From positions 1,120,001-1,184,000 of the forward strand of contig CAVQEQ010000003.1 of NCBI GenBank assembly GCA_963711565.1: a stretch of DNA of 64,000 nt. Reading direction: 5' to 3'. This document shows positions 1 to 8,788 of the stretch, in pieces; position 1 is the stretch's first letter, and each line of letters starts with the position of its first letter. A model generated the notes under the pieces. That model had not been told where the DNA came from and did not search any database. It worked only from the letters and a program-made list of their open reading frames with translations. The translations under genes and the position numbers were made by a program. The DNA comes from an uncultured delta proteobacterium (GTDB lineage: Bacteria > Desulfobacterota > Binatia > Binatales > Binataceae).

Positions 1-486
1 GTCGAGCGACATGCGATCGCGCTCGACGCGTCCAACGCGGCGCGTTTCGTCGCCGCCAGCAATTTTGTAATCGATGCGACCGACAATCCCCTCGCGAAAT
101 TTCTGATCAACGACACTTGTATCGCGGCGCGGACGCCGTTCGTTTACGGCGGCGTAGTCGGGATGACGGGTCAGGCGATGACTGTGATCCCCGGCGAGAC
201 GGCGTGCATCCGCTGCGTGTTCGAAACGCCGCCCGATGAAAGCGAAATCCAGAGTTGCCGCGAGGCGGGGATCGTCGGTCCGGTCGCGGGCGCGATCGGC
301 GAGATGCAGGCGGGCGAGGCGATGCGCGCCGCGCGCGCGCAGAAGTTCTTGCTCTCGGGAAAAATTCTCACATACGACGCGTCCCGGTCGAGCCGGGTGC
401 GTATTACGGCGGTTAGACCGCGCCCCGGATGCGGTTGCGGCGCATGGAAGCAGGATCATCACGAATCGCAAGCGCCGGGCAGGTAA
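1..486 (+). CDS. ThiF/MoeB/HesA-family adenylyltransferase (E1-like), 5'-truncated by window edge
   Basis: Open frame from base 1: VIDATDN motif, PFVYGG, CIRC and C-terminal CGC Zn ligands, CREAGIVGPVAG. Confidence 0.9.
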   Translation, partial: VERHAIALDASNAARFVAASNFVIDATDNPLAKFLINDTCIAARTPFVYGGVVGMTGQAMTVIPGETACIRCVFETPPDESEIQSCREAGIVGPVAGAIGEMQAGEAMRAARAQKFLLSGKILTYDASRSSRVRITAVRPRPGCGCGAWKQDHHESQAPGR

Positions 487-503
487 CAGGAAACGAGGAG
501 ACG

Positions 504-1769
504 ATGAGCTACATCACCAATCTGAAATGTCGCGAGTGCGGCCAGGAGTATCCCATCAGTCCGCTCCACGTCTGCGAGACGTGCTTCGGGCCGCTCGAAG
601 TCACCTACGACTACGCGCGGATTCGTGCGGCGATCTCGCGCTCGATAATCGAGCGGCGCCCGCACAATCTGTGGCGCTATCGCGAATTGCTGCCGGTCGA
701 TTTCAACGAGAACGACGTTGTCGGCCCCAACTCCGGCTTCACGCCGCTGTTGCATTGCAAGCGGCTCGGCGCCGAGCTCGGCCTGAAAAATCTCTACATC
801 AAGGACGACACTGTCAATCATCCGACGTTGTCGTACAAGGACCGCGTCGTGTCGGTGTCTATCACCAAGGCGCGCGAGTTCGGCTTCACCACCGTGTCAT
901 GTGCAAGCACCGGCAACCTGGCGACTGCGGTCGCGGCGCACGCGGCACGCGCGGGACTGCAATGCTACATCTTCATGCCCGAAGGCGTGGAGGCCGGCAA
1001 AGTAGTCGGCTCGACGATCTACGGCGCCAAGGTCATCACGATTCGCGGCAACTACGACAACGTCAACCGGCTGTGCAGCGAGATCGCAGACAAGTACGGT
1101 TGGGCCTTCGTCAATATCAACCTGCGCCCGTTCTACACCGAAGGCGCGAAGACCTTTGGCTTTGAAGTCGCGGAGCAGCTCGGCTGGCGCTTGCCGGATC
1201 ACATCGTGGTGCCGACTGCCGGCGGCACGATTCTGCCGAAGATCGCGAAGGCGTTTAAGGAGATGAAGGAAGTCGGGCTCATCAAGAGCGGCGAGTTCAA
1301 GATTCACTCCGCGCAGGCCGCCGGCTCCGCGCCTGTCATTCACGCGCTGCACAAGCATACCGACCTGATAACGCCGGTGAAGCCCGACACGATCGCGAAG
1401 TCGATCGCGATCGGAAATCCGGCCGACGGTTTCTACGTGCTCAAGGCGGTGCGCGATTCCGGCGGATGGGGCGACGTCGCCACCGACCCGGAGATAATCG
1501 ACGCGATCAAGCTGCTCGCGCGCACCGAGGGAATCTTCGCCGAGCCCGCCGGCGGCACCACGCTCGCGGTCGCGCTCAAGCTGGCCAGGCAGGGGCGCAT
1601 CAAGCCTGAGGAGACCGTGGTCGTGTCGATTACTGGCAATGGCTACAAGACGCTCGAAGCGGTCGCGAGCACGATCGAACAACCGTCGATAATCGACGCG
1701 CGGCTGAAAGACTTCGACGCTTTGTTCGATCGGCTCACAGGAAAACGCGCCGCCGACAGCGCCGCGTAA
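504..1769 (+). CDS. Threonine synthase-like PLP enzyme with N-terminal Zn ribbon (possibly MetM-type O-phosphohomoserine sulfhydrylase)
   Basis: CRECG..CETC ribbon, PTLSYKDR (PLP Lys), CASTGN, EGAKT, TEGIFAEP; SD GAGGAG before ATG 504. Confidence 0.88.
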   Translation: MSYITNLKCRECGQEYPISPLHVCETCFGPLEVTYDYARIRAAISRSIIERRPHNLWRYRELLPVDFNENDVVGPNSGFTPLLHCKRLGAELGLKNLYIKDDTVNHPTLSYKDRVVSVSITKAREFGFTTVSCASTGNLATAVAAHAARAGLQCYIFMPEGVEAGKVVGSTIYGAKVITIRGNYDNVNRLCSEIADKYGWAFVNINLRPFYTEGAKTFGFEVAEQLGWRLPDHIVVPTAGGTILPKIAKAFKEMKEVGLIKSGEFKIHSAQAAGSAPVIHALHKHTDLITPVKPDTIAKSIAIGNPADGFYVLKAVRDSGGWGDVATDPEIIDAIKLLARTEGIFAEPAGGTTLAVALKLARQGRIKPEETVVVSITGNGYKTLEAVASTIEQPSIIDARLKDFDALFDRLTGKRAADSAA

Positions 1770-1840
1770 CAGCGGCTGCTTGTTTGGCAGAAGCGGCGAG
1801 CATAACTGTAAGAATTCAACCAGGAGGCTAGTCCCCAATC

Positions 1841-2119
1841 ATGGCAGTACGCGTCAGAGTTCCAACCCCACTTCGCAGATTCACCGCGGGCGTCGATGAA
1901 GTCCCGGCCGACGGCGCGTCGATCAAGGCGGTTATCGAAGACCTCGAACGGCGCCATCCGGGGATGCGCGAGCGGCTGCTCGATGAGAAAGGCGACATCC
2001 GCCGCTTCGTCAACATTTATCTGAACGGCGACGACATCCGCTTCCTCGACGCGATCAACTCCAAGGTAAAGGATGGCGACGACATCTCAATCGTTCCCGC
2101 GATTGCCGGCGGACGCTGA
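1841..2119 (+). CDS. MoaD/ThiS/CysO-family ubiquitin-like sulfur carrier
   Basis: VRVPTPLR N-terminus, FVNIYLNGDDIRF, C-terminal IVPAIAGG-R; SD GGAGG. Confidence 0.93.
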   Translation: MAVRVRVPTPLRRFTAGVDEVPADGASIKAVIEDLERRHPGMRERLLDEKGDIRRFVNIYLNGDDIRFLDAINSKVKDGDDISIVPAIAGGR

Positions 2120-2141
2120 CGCCTACGCGCGCGAGCGCGTC

Positions 2142-3134
2142 GTGCCGTTAGATGAGATCGTTCCGGCCGGGCGCGCTAACAGCGTGCTCGATCTGGTCGG
2201 CAATACTCCGTTGTTGGAGATCAAGCGGCTGACCGGCGGTTTGATGCCAGCGGGCGTGCGGATTTTCGCCAAGCTCGAGGGCTTCAACCCCGGCGGCTCG
2301 GTCAAGGATCGGCCGGCCAAGAAAATGCTCGAGGTGGGAATCGCCGCGGGCAAACTGAAACCGGGCAAGGTGATCCTCGACTCGACCTCCGGCAACACCG
2401 GGATCGCGTTGGCGATGCTTGGTGCGACGCTCGGCTATCCGGTCGAGCTGGTGATGCCGTCGAACGTGAGCCGCGAGCGCAAGAAGATCGTCGAAGCTTA
2501 CGGCGCGAAGATTCATTTCTCGGATCCGATGGAAGGCTCCGACGGCGCGATCGTCATGTGCCGCAAGATGATCGAGCAGAATCCGGCGCGCTACTTCAAG
2601 CCCGACCAGTACAACAACGAGGCCAACGCGCTGGCGCATTTCGAGACCACCGGCCCCGAAATCTGGCGTCAGACGCGCGGCCAAGTGACGCATTTCGCGG
2701 CCGCGATCGGCACCGGCGGCACCGTGATGGGCACCGGCAGATTTCTTAAATCGAAGAACCGCGCGATCAGAGTGATCGCAGTCGAGCCCGACGACGCGAT
2801 GCACGGGCTCGAGGGCCTCAAGCACATGGCGAGCTCGATTGTGCCGGGCATCTATCACGAAAAAGAGCTCGACGAGAAAATCCAGGTCGGCACCGAAGAG
2901 GCGTATGAGATGGTGTACGCGCTCGGGCAGACCGAGGGCATCCTGGTCGGCCAATCGTCGGGCGCTGCGATGATCGCGGCTCTCAAACTGGCGCGTACGA
3001 TTCGCGAAGGCACGATAGTCACCGTGTTCGCCGACTTCGGTGACAAATACCTCTCGACGAATTTGTGGATCGGATGGCAGGAATGGCGTCCCGAGCGCCT
3101 GCAACAAGTTATCGCCAAGTGGAAAAACAAATAA
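2142..3134 (+). CDS. cysM: Cysteine synthase B / O-phosphoserine sulfhydrylase (CysM-like)
   Basis: VGNTPL, NPGGSVKDR, TSGNTG, GTGGT, GQSSGA; start (GTG 2142) uncertain. Confidence 0.88.
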   Translation: MPLDEIVPAGRANSVLDLVGNTPLLEIKRLTGGLMPAGVRIFAKLEGFNPGGSVKDRPAKKMLEVGIAAGKLKPGKVILDSTSGNTGIALAMLGATLGYPVELVMPSNVSRERKKIVEAYGAKIHFSDPMEGSDGAIVMCRKMIEQNPARYFKPDQYNNEANALAHFETTGPEIWRQTRGQVTHFAAAIGTGGTVMGTGRFLKSKNRAIRVIAVEPDDAMHGLEGLKHMASSIVPGIYHEKELDEKIQVGTEEAYEMVYALGQTEGILVGQSSGAAMIAALKLARTIREGTIVTVFADFGDKYLSTNLWIGWQEWRPERLQQVIAKWKNK

Positions 3135-3139
3135 CGCAA

Positions 3140-3385
3140 ATGGAACGTATCCACGAACGCTACTACCTGAGCTATCCGCGCACGCTGATTAAGGAACCGA
3201 TCCTTTATCAGTTGGTGAAGAAGTTCGATCTCGTTTTCAATATCCGCGGCGCTAGCGTGTCGGAAGAGATGGGCCTGGTTGCCGTCGAGTTCGAAGGCAC
3301 CAACGATCAGATCGAACGCGCGCTGACGTGGCTGCGCAGCACCGGCGTCACCGTCGAGCCAATAGAAAAAAACGTGATCGAGTAG
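3140..3385 (+). CDS. Stand-alone NIL-domain protein
   Basis: 81 aa, EPILYQLVKKFDLVFNIRGASV...GVTVEPIE pattern typical of NIL domains. Confidence 0.82.
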   Translation: MERIHERYYLSYPRTLIKEPILYQLVKKFDLVFNIRGASVSEEMGLVAVEFEGTNDQIERALTWLRSTGVTVEPIEKNVIE

Positions 3386-3402
3386 GTCTGCGCGAGCGCG
3401 CG

Positions 3403-3975
3403 ATGACCCTAACTGACGCGCAAATCGATCGCTACAGCCGCCAGATAATCGTGCCGCATGTCGGCGGCCGCGGCCAGGAACGATTGCTCGCCGCGCGGAT
3501 ACTGCTCGCGGGCGATGCGCGCGATATCGAAGCGCCGCTTGCTTATCTGGTCGGCGCAGGAGTTGGATCGATCAGCGTCAAAGCCGCTGTAAGCATCGAA
3601 AAAATCGGCGCAATGCGCGAACTGAATCCCGACGTGATCGTAACGGATGAACTAAAAGCGCCGATCGACCTAGCGCTACTGATCGTCGGAAGTGAGGCCA
3701 CTCGAATAGTTGCGAAAGAGATCGCGAACGATCGCGGTGTGCGATCATTTGTGATAGCGCGACTCGACGCACCGGGAACAATCGCGATCATACCCGACAC
3801 GCACGGCCCGCAAATCGTCGAGGCACAGTTCGGCACGCGCTCCGAAGCCGCGGACTTTATCGCGATGCTCGCTACCGTCGAGGCATTCAAGCTGATCGCC
3901 GGCTACGCGGAAAATCCATCGCTCACTACAATCGAGTTCGACGGCTACGCGACCAGGGTCCGCGTTCATCCGTGA
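3403..3975 (+). CDS. Degenerate ThiF/MoeB-like protein
   Basis: LTDAQIDRYSRQII..GQERL and AYLVGAGVG match the MoeB N-terminus; no GxGxxG, DxxDN or CxxC. Confidence 0.75.
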   Translation: MTLTDAQIDRYSRQIIVPHVGGRGQERLLAARILLAGDARDIEAPLAYLVGAGVGSISVKAAVSIEKIGAMRELNPDVIVTDELKAPIDLALLIVGSEATRIVAKEIANDRGVRSFVIARLDAPGTIAIIPDTHGPQIVEAQFGTRSEAADFIAMLATVEAFKLIAGYAENPSLTTIEFDGYATRVRVHP

Positions 3976-4658
3976 TGTACAAACTCTGGATGTTCGATTT
4001 CGACAACACGATCGCGCGGCTCGAGCCCGAGGTCGATTGGGCTGGCGGACGAAAGATCCTCGAGCCATACCTGCGCTCGATAGGCGCGCCCGACGAATTG
4101 TTCACCCGAATCCCGCGCGGCAATCTCCCGCTCTATGACGCCTATCGCACACTCACCCTTCACGACTCCGACCAGCCGAATGTAACCGAAGTGCTCCAAC
4201 ATGCTTCGGCTATAATTGAGAAAATCGAATTGGCGGGAGTTGATCGCGCGCAACCGCTTGAAGGAGCAACCGAAATACTCGCAGCCCTGAAGGCGAGCGG
4301 CGCGGCAATCGCGATCGTCACATCCAACTCCTCGAAAACAGTTCAGCGATGGTTCGACCGACATGGCGGCGCATCAGTTGACGCGATCGTCGGACGCGAC
4401 ACATTGCTCGGACTCAAGCCGGCACCCGACATGGTGATTCGCGCACTCGAAACATATTCTGTCGATCGATCGGAGGCCGCATTCGTCGGCGACAGCGACG
4501 CCGACATCCGCGCCGCGCAAAGTTGCGGCGTGCGATTTTACGGTATCGCACCCACCGACACCGTGCGCGATCGATTGCTCGCGGCAGGCGCCACAGAAAT
4601 TTTCGCTTCGCCGGCCGCGCTCGCGATTCATCTGAACTTGTCCGCTCCGTCATCCTGA
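3975..4658 (+). CDS. HAD-family hydrolase (phosphoglycolate phosphatase-like)
   Basis: FDFDNT (motif I), VTSN, KPAP, VGDSDAD. Confidence 0.9.
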   Translation: MYKLWMFDFDNTIARLEPEVDWAGGRKILEPYLRSIGAPDELFTRIPRGNLPLYDAYRTLTLHDSDQPNVTEVLQHASAIIEKIELAGVDRAQPLEGATEILAALKASGAAIAIVTSNSSKTVQRWFDRHGGASVDAIVGRDTLLGLKPAPDMVIRALETYSVDRSEAAFVGDSDADIRAAQSCGVRFYGIAPTDTVRDRLLAAGATEIFASPAALAIHLNLSAPSS

Positions 4659-4743
4659 CGAAGCGAGCAACGCGAGCGGCAGGAAGGATCTCGGACAGCG
4701 CCGCGTTAAGCGCCGCCCGTACCGGTTTTGACATCGCGAAGCG
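4645..4743 (+). repeat. REP-like element, family B (GTCATCCTGAC...GAAGGA-CTCGGACAGC), copy 1
   Basis: Near-identical to 20106-20203 over the first ~55 bp and alignable over ~95 bp; supplies the HAD stop codon. Confidence 0.85.
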
Positions 4744-4832
4744 ATCCTTGCCGACTTGTTTCCTTCCATAAGATTAAGTAACTTGTGGAGTTCAGTAAGT
4801 AATCTATTCTTAAGGAGCATCAGTTTTAGCCG

Positions 4833-5375
4833 ATGGATCAAGGGTTTACCTTGTGGTTTACAGGCCTGTCCGGGGCCGGAAAATCAACGCTTGCGAATCT
4901 GGCCGCCGCTGAACTGCGCAAACGCGCGCATTGCGTCGAAATCCTCGACGGCGACGAAGTCCGCACCAATCTTTCCAAGGGCCTCGGGTTTTCCAAGGAG
5001 GATCGCGACATCAACATCCGGCGGATCGGCTACGTGTGCCATCTGCTGGCGCGCAACGGAGTCATCGCGATCTCGGCGGCGATTTCGCCCTACCGCGACG
5101 TGCGTGACGAAGTGCGGCGCAATCACGATCGCTTCTTCGAGGTGTACGTCCGCTGCACCATCGACAAGCTGGTCGAGCGCGACGTGAAGGGACTCTACAA
5201 AAAGGCGCTGGCCGGCGAGATCAAATCTTTCACCGGCGTGTCGGACCCCTACGAAGAACCGCTGAAACCCGAACTGATCGTCGATAGCAGCATCGAAACC
5301 GTCGATCAGAGCCTGGGCAAGTTGCTTGGCCGCCTCGAGGAGCTGAACTACATCAGCAAGGGAGCACGGCGATGA
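4833..5375 (+). CDS. cysC: Adenylyl-sulfate kinase
   Basis: [34 protein letters not shown]. Confidence 0.97.
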   Translation: MDQGFTLWFTGLSGAGKSTLANLAAAELRKRAHCVEILDGDEVRTNLSKGLGFSKEDRDINIRRIGYVCHLLARNGVIAISAAISPYRDVRDEVRRNHDRFFEVYVRCTIDKLVERDVKGLYKKALAGEIKSFTGVSDPYEEPLKPELIVDSSIETVDQSLGKLLGRLEELNYISKGARR

Positions 5376-6547
5376 GCGTGCGCGACGACGCGATCTCGGC
5401 GCACGGCGGCGGCGAGCTGGTCGATCTGAAAGCGCCGGCGTCCGAACGCGGTGCGCTGGCCGCGCACGCGGCGAAGCTCGCGAGCGTCACGCTCAACGCG
5501 CGCGACATCGCCGACCTCGAGATGCTCGCGACCGGGGCGTTCTCGCCGCTGACCGGCTTCATGGGCGAGGCGGATTACACGCGCTCGCGCGACGCGATGC
5601 GGCTTGCGTCGGGCGTGCCGTGGTCGATTCCGATCACGCTCGGCGTCGATGAAGCGACTGCGAAATCTTTGAAGACCGGAACCGAGATCGCGCTCACGAC
5701 CGAAGATGGCAAGCGGCTGGCGATTCTCAAGCTCGCGGAAATCTACAAAGTCGATCGCAAGAACGAAGCGCAGAACGTGTTCGGCACCTCAGAGGACGCG
5801 CATCCGGGAGCGAAGAACGTCACCTCGATGCCGCCGTATTGCCTCGCGGGCAAGGTCACGTTGATCGAGGAGATACCGGGGCGCACGTTCCTGGAATTTC
5901 CGCGCGAGCCGCGGCAGACGCGCGCGGCGTTTCGCGAGCGTGGCTGGAAAAAGATCGTCGCCTTCCAGACTCGCAACCCGACTCATCGCGCGCACGAGTA
6001 TATCCAGAAAGCAGCGCTCGAAATCTGCGACGGCCTGATGATTCATCCGCTGGTCGGCGAGACCAAGGGCGACGACGTGCCCGCCGCCGTCCGGATGGAA
6101 ACCTACAAGGTGCTCCTTGACGCGTACTATCCGAAGGACCGCGCGATGATCGGCGTGTTCCCGGCGCATATGCGCTATGGCGGACCGCGCGAGGCGATTT
6201 TGCACGCGATCGCGCGGCGCAATTACGGATGCACGCACTTCATCGTGGGGCGCGATCACGCCGGCGTCGGCAATTACTACGGCAGCTACGACGCGCAGAA
6301 AATCTTCGAGCGCTTCAAGCCGGATGAACTCGGCATCACCCCGCTGACCTTCGAGAACACTTTTTACTGCAGGCGATGCAACTCGATGGCGTCGTTCAAG
6401 ACCTGCCCGCACTCGGATGCGGATCGCGTAATACTGTCAGGCACGAAAGTCCGCGAGATGCTGCGCGCCGGCGAAGCACCGCCGCCCGAATTCACGCGCC
6501 CCGAGCTCGCGGCGATTTTGGTGAAATCAATGCGCGCCGCGAAGTAG
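5372..6547 (+). CDS. sat: Sulfate adenylyltransferase
   Basis: [43 protein letters not shown]; ATGA overlap with cysC. Confidence 0.97.
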   Translation: MSVRDDAISAHGGGELVDLKAPASERGALAAHAAKLASVTLNARDIADLEMLATGAFSPLTGFMGEADYTRSRDAMRLASGVPWSIPITLGVDEATAKSLKTGTEIALTTEDGKRLAILKLAEIYKVDRKNEAQNVFGTSEDAHPGAKNVTSMPPYCLAGKVTLIEEIPGRTFLEFPREPRQTRAAFRERGWKKIVAFQTRNPTHRAHEYIQKAALEICDGLMIHPLVGETKGDDVPAAVRMETYKVLLDAYYPKDRAMIGVFPAHMRYGGPREAILHAIARRNYGCTHFIVGRDHAGVGNYYGSYDAQKIFERFKPDELGITPLTFENTFYCRRCNSMASFKTCPHSDADRVILSGTKVREMLRAGEAPPPEFTRPELAAILVKSMRAAK

Positions 6548-6552
6548 CTTTT

Positions 6553-6626
6553 AATACTGAGGTGCAGGGGTTACCCCTGCCCAAGGAAGTTTGAAACCCA
6601 CGGCGGGTTTCATTTCGATTAAGTTC
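6553..6626 (+). repeat. Double-hairpin repeat family A, full copy
   Basis: GCAGGGG-TTA-CCCCTGC-CCAAGGAAG..TGAAACCC-ACGGC-GGGTTTCA between convergent genes. Confidence 0.9.
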
Positions 6627-7497
6627 CTCTCTTGAGCGCGCGCTCCTTCGCGGCGCGCTTCGCGCGATTGGGGTCACCGGACCAGGTCCAGGCGTGCTCG
6701 GTGCGGCTGACGCCTACCAGCACGCCCAAGAACGCCGACGGGTGGATGAACAATTCGGCGAGACCGGCCTCGTCTTTGTGATGCGCCGCGAAACGCGCGC
6801 CGCGCGCTTGCAGGCGATTCTCGAGAGCACCGACGTCGTCGGTCTCGACGAAAAACATGTACAGCGAGTCGCCGCGGCGTTGATGGAACCGGCCCATCGC
6901 GAGGTTCGCGTCGGTGATTTGCGCGATCTCGATTCTGTCCAGGCGCGCGGGAGGATCGAACAGAGTGAGCGTGCCGGTGTAGCCGAACTGCTTGCTCTCA
7001 ATCGGGCTGAACTTCGCCACGTCGAGGACGAAGATGCGCGCGTAGCGGTCGGATGCCGCTTTCCAATCGCCGACGACGTTAGTGACTTCGTAGGCCCACT
7101 TGATCGCGCCGGCGGGTGCGCGCTCGTGATGCTGCGAGATGACGGTGCGCATCCCAAACGTCGCGCCGGGGTCGAGATACAGTTGTCCCGCGGATTGCTC
7201 GAAGCTGACGCCGCACTTCGCGAGATGATGCGCGGCAGCGTCGGGATCGTCCACCGAGAATCCCGCGCCGAATAATCCGCTGCCCCATTTCGAGACGAAA
7301 TCCTGGACCGCGCCGGTGCCGTCCGGTTCCAGAATCTCGATGAGGCTCGACCCGGCTTGCATCGTGGATCGCTTGGCGACGAGCGGCGTCGCCTTGTCGC
7401 GACGCACAAGTTCCCCGCCGAAGACTTCCGCGACGACCTTCTCGGCCGCACCGCTGTCGGCGACCGCTATCTGAACTCTGTCAACGCGTTTCAGCAT
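6619..7497 (-). CDS. Two-domain VOC/glyoxalase-family protein
   Basis: VDRVQIAVAD, IEILEP, IEIAQ; duplicated methylmalonyl-CoA epimerase-like modules. Confidence 0.82.
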   Translation of the reverse strand: MLKRVDRVQIAVADSGAAEKVVAEVFGGELVRRDKATPLVAKRSTMQAGSSLIEILEPDGTGAVQDFVSKWGSGLFGAGFSVDDPDAAAHHLAKCGVSFEQSAGQLYLDPGATFGMRTVISQHHERAPAGAIKWAYEVTNVVGDWKAASDRYARIFVLDVAKFSPIESKQFGYTGTLTLFDPPARLDRIEIAQITDANLAMGRFHQRRGDSLYMFFVETDDVGALENRLQARGARFAAHHKDEAGLAELFIHPSAFLGVLVGVSRTEHAWTWSGDPNRAKRAAKERALKRGT

Positions 7498-7516
7498 CGT
7501 CGATCCTTCCTCGCGG

Positions 7517-7930
7517 CTACTGGAGTGGCGGCTCGTCGTCGGGCGGCGCGATCACCGGCGACCCATGATGCATCACCATGAACCACGCGTTGCCGACGCG
7601 CTCGAACACATTGGTGGCGAGCACATTCGAGCGCTGCGTACCTTCGTAGCCTCGCTGCGTGAGGTTTTCCTCGACCACGACGATCGCGAGGTCGCCGCTG
7701 ATCATCACCTCGAGCTCGCCGAGCTCGAACTTCATCTCGAACACGTTGTCGAGGATGCGCTCCCAGCTCGACATGATCGGACCCCATCCGGAAAGTTTGC
7801 GCCATCCGGGATGGATACAAATGATGCGCGGGTCTTTCAGCCAGACCGCTTCCATCTTTTCCGCGTCAAGACTCTCGAACGCGTCGTAGAAAGCGCGGTT
7901 CGCAGCGAGCACTGATTCACGATCTGACAT
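7517..7930 (-). CDS. SnoaL/NTF2-like protein
   Basis: ANRAFYDAF, CIHPGW, ATNVFER..W..VMHHGS. Confidence 0.88.
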   Translation of the reverse strand: MSDRESVLAANRAFYDAFESLDAEKMEAVWLKDPRIICIHPGWRKLSGWGPIMSSWERILDNVFEMKFELGELEVMISGDLAIVVVEENLTQRGYEGTQRSNVLATNVFERVGNAWFMVMHHGSPVIAPPDDEPPLQ

Positions 7931-7981
7931 CAGATTTTACAGCGTAGTTTTTCCGATAAGCAGGCGCCAGCGGCGGTGGTG

Positions 7982-8788
7982 TCATGACGGTGGCGACGAT
8001 TTTTGCGCCAGCGCCGCGCCGGAGGCCTGGAATCGGATTGCGTCGTCGATCAGCGTCGCGATTTTGCGCGCGGCTTCCGCTATCGGAATGCCGCCGCGGT
8101 GGATGTTCGAGATGACGGTGCGGTCGGGCTCGATCGATTTGAGCGTGGGGCGATAGATCACGTACGCACTCAGGCTCTCGGCGGTGACGAGGCCCGGGCG
8201 CTCGCCGACGATCATGCAGATGACGTTGGGGCGCAGGATTTCGCCGAGATGGTCTTCGATTCGGACGCGGGCGTTGCGGATGAAGATCGGCGTCAGGAGG
8301 CGGTAGCGCGGCGCGAGCATCTTCGTAAGTGCGCGCAGGAGAGGCGCCGCGTTTTTCTCGACCGCGGCCGACGAGAGGCCGTCGCCGACGCATACCAGGA
8401 CGGTGGGAGTCGGAGATTTGGTGCGGCCGCCTCGGAACCTAACCCCTAACCCCTTCCCGCGCGGGAAGGGGGACCGGTGTAATGGAGGTTTGATGCGCGC
8501 GACCCGGGCCGCGTCGGCGTCGGTGAGACGGCGGCCGCGCTCGGGATAGCGGATGTAATCCTCGCGCGTGAGTGCTTGCGAATGAATTTCGAGCAGGCCG
8601 TTGCGCCGCGGCCAGTCGTGCGCGACTTCGGTCATCACCGCATCGACGGCGCGCGCGTGATCGGCGCGCAGCGAGAGCATCGCTGCCGTGGTGTAGCGCG
8701 TGCCAGCGCGTCCGAGGCCGAGCCGCGCGGGAGTGGACTTGCGCATTGCGTCAAAATCGGTGTTCGCGTCGGGATCGATCTTTTTCAA
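7982..8788 (-). CDS. eutC: Ethanolamine ammonia-lyase small subunit
   Basis: TPARLGLGRAG, DHARAVDAV, GDGLSS, VGERPGL, SLSAY, ISNIH; TTG start overlaps eutB stop (inferred). Confidence 0.93.
   Translation of the reverse strand: MKKIDPDANTDFDAMRKSTPARLGLGRAGTRYTTAAMLSLRADHARAVDAVMTEVAHDWPRRNGLLEIHSQALTREDYIRYPERGRRLTDADAARVARIKPPLHRSPFPRGKGLGVRFRGGRTKSPTPTVLVCVGDGLSSAAVEKNAAPLLRALTKMLAPRYRLLTPIFIRNARVRIEDHLGEILRPNVICMIVGERPGLVTAESLSAYVIYRPTLKSIEPDRTVISNIHRGGIPIAEAARKIATLIDDAIRFQASGAALAQKSSPPS
8434..8477. repeat. Palindromic element inside eutC
   Basis: Perfect 22-bp palindrome CCCCTTCCCGCGCGGGAAGGGG (8450-8471) preceded by AACCCCT x2. Confidence 0.8.
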
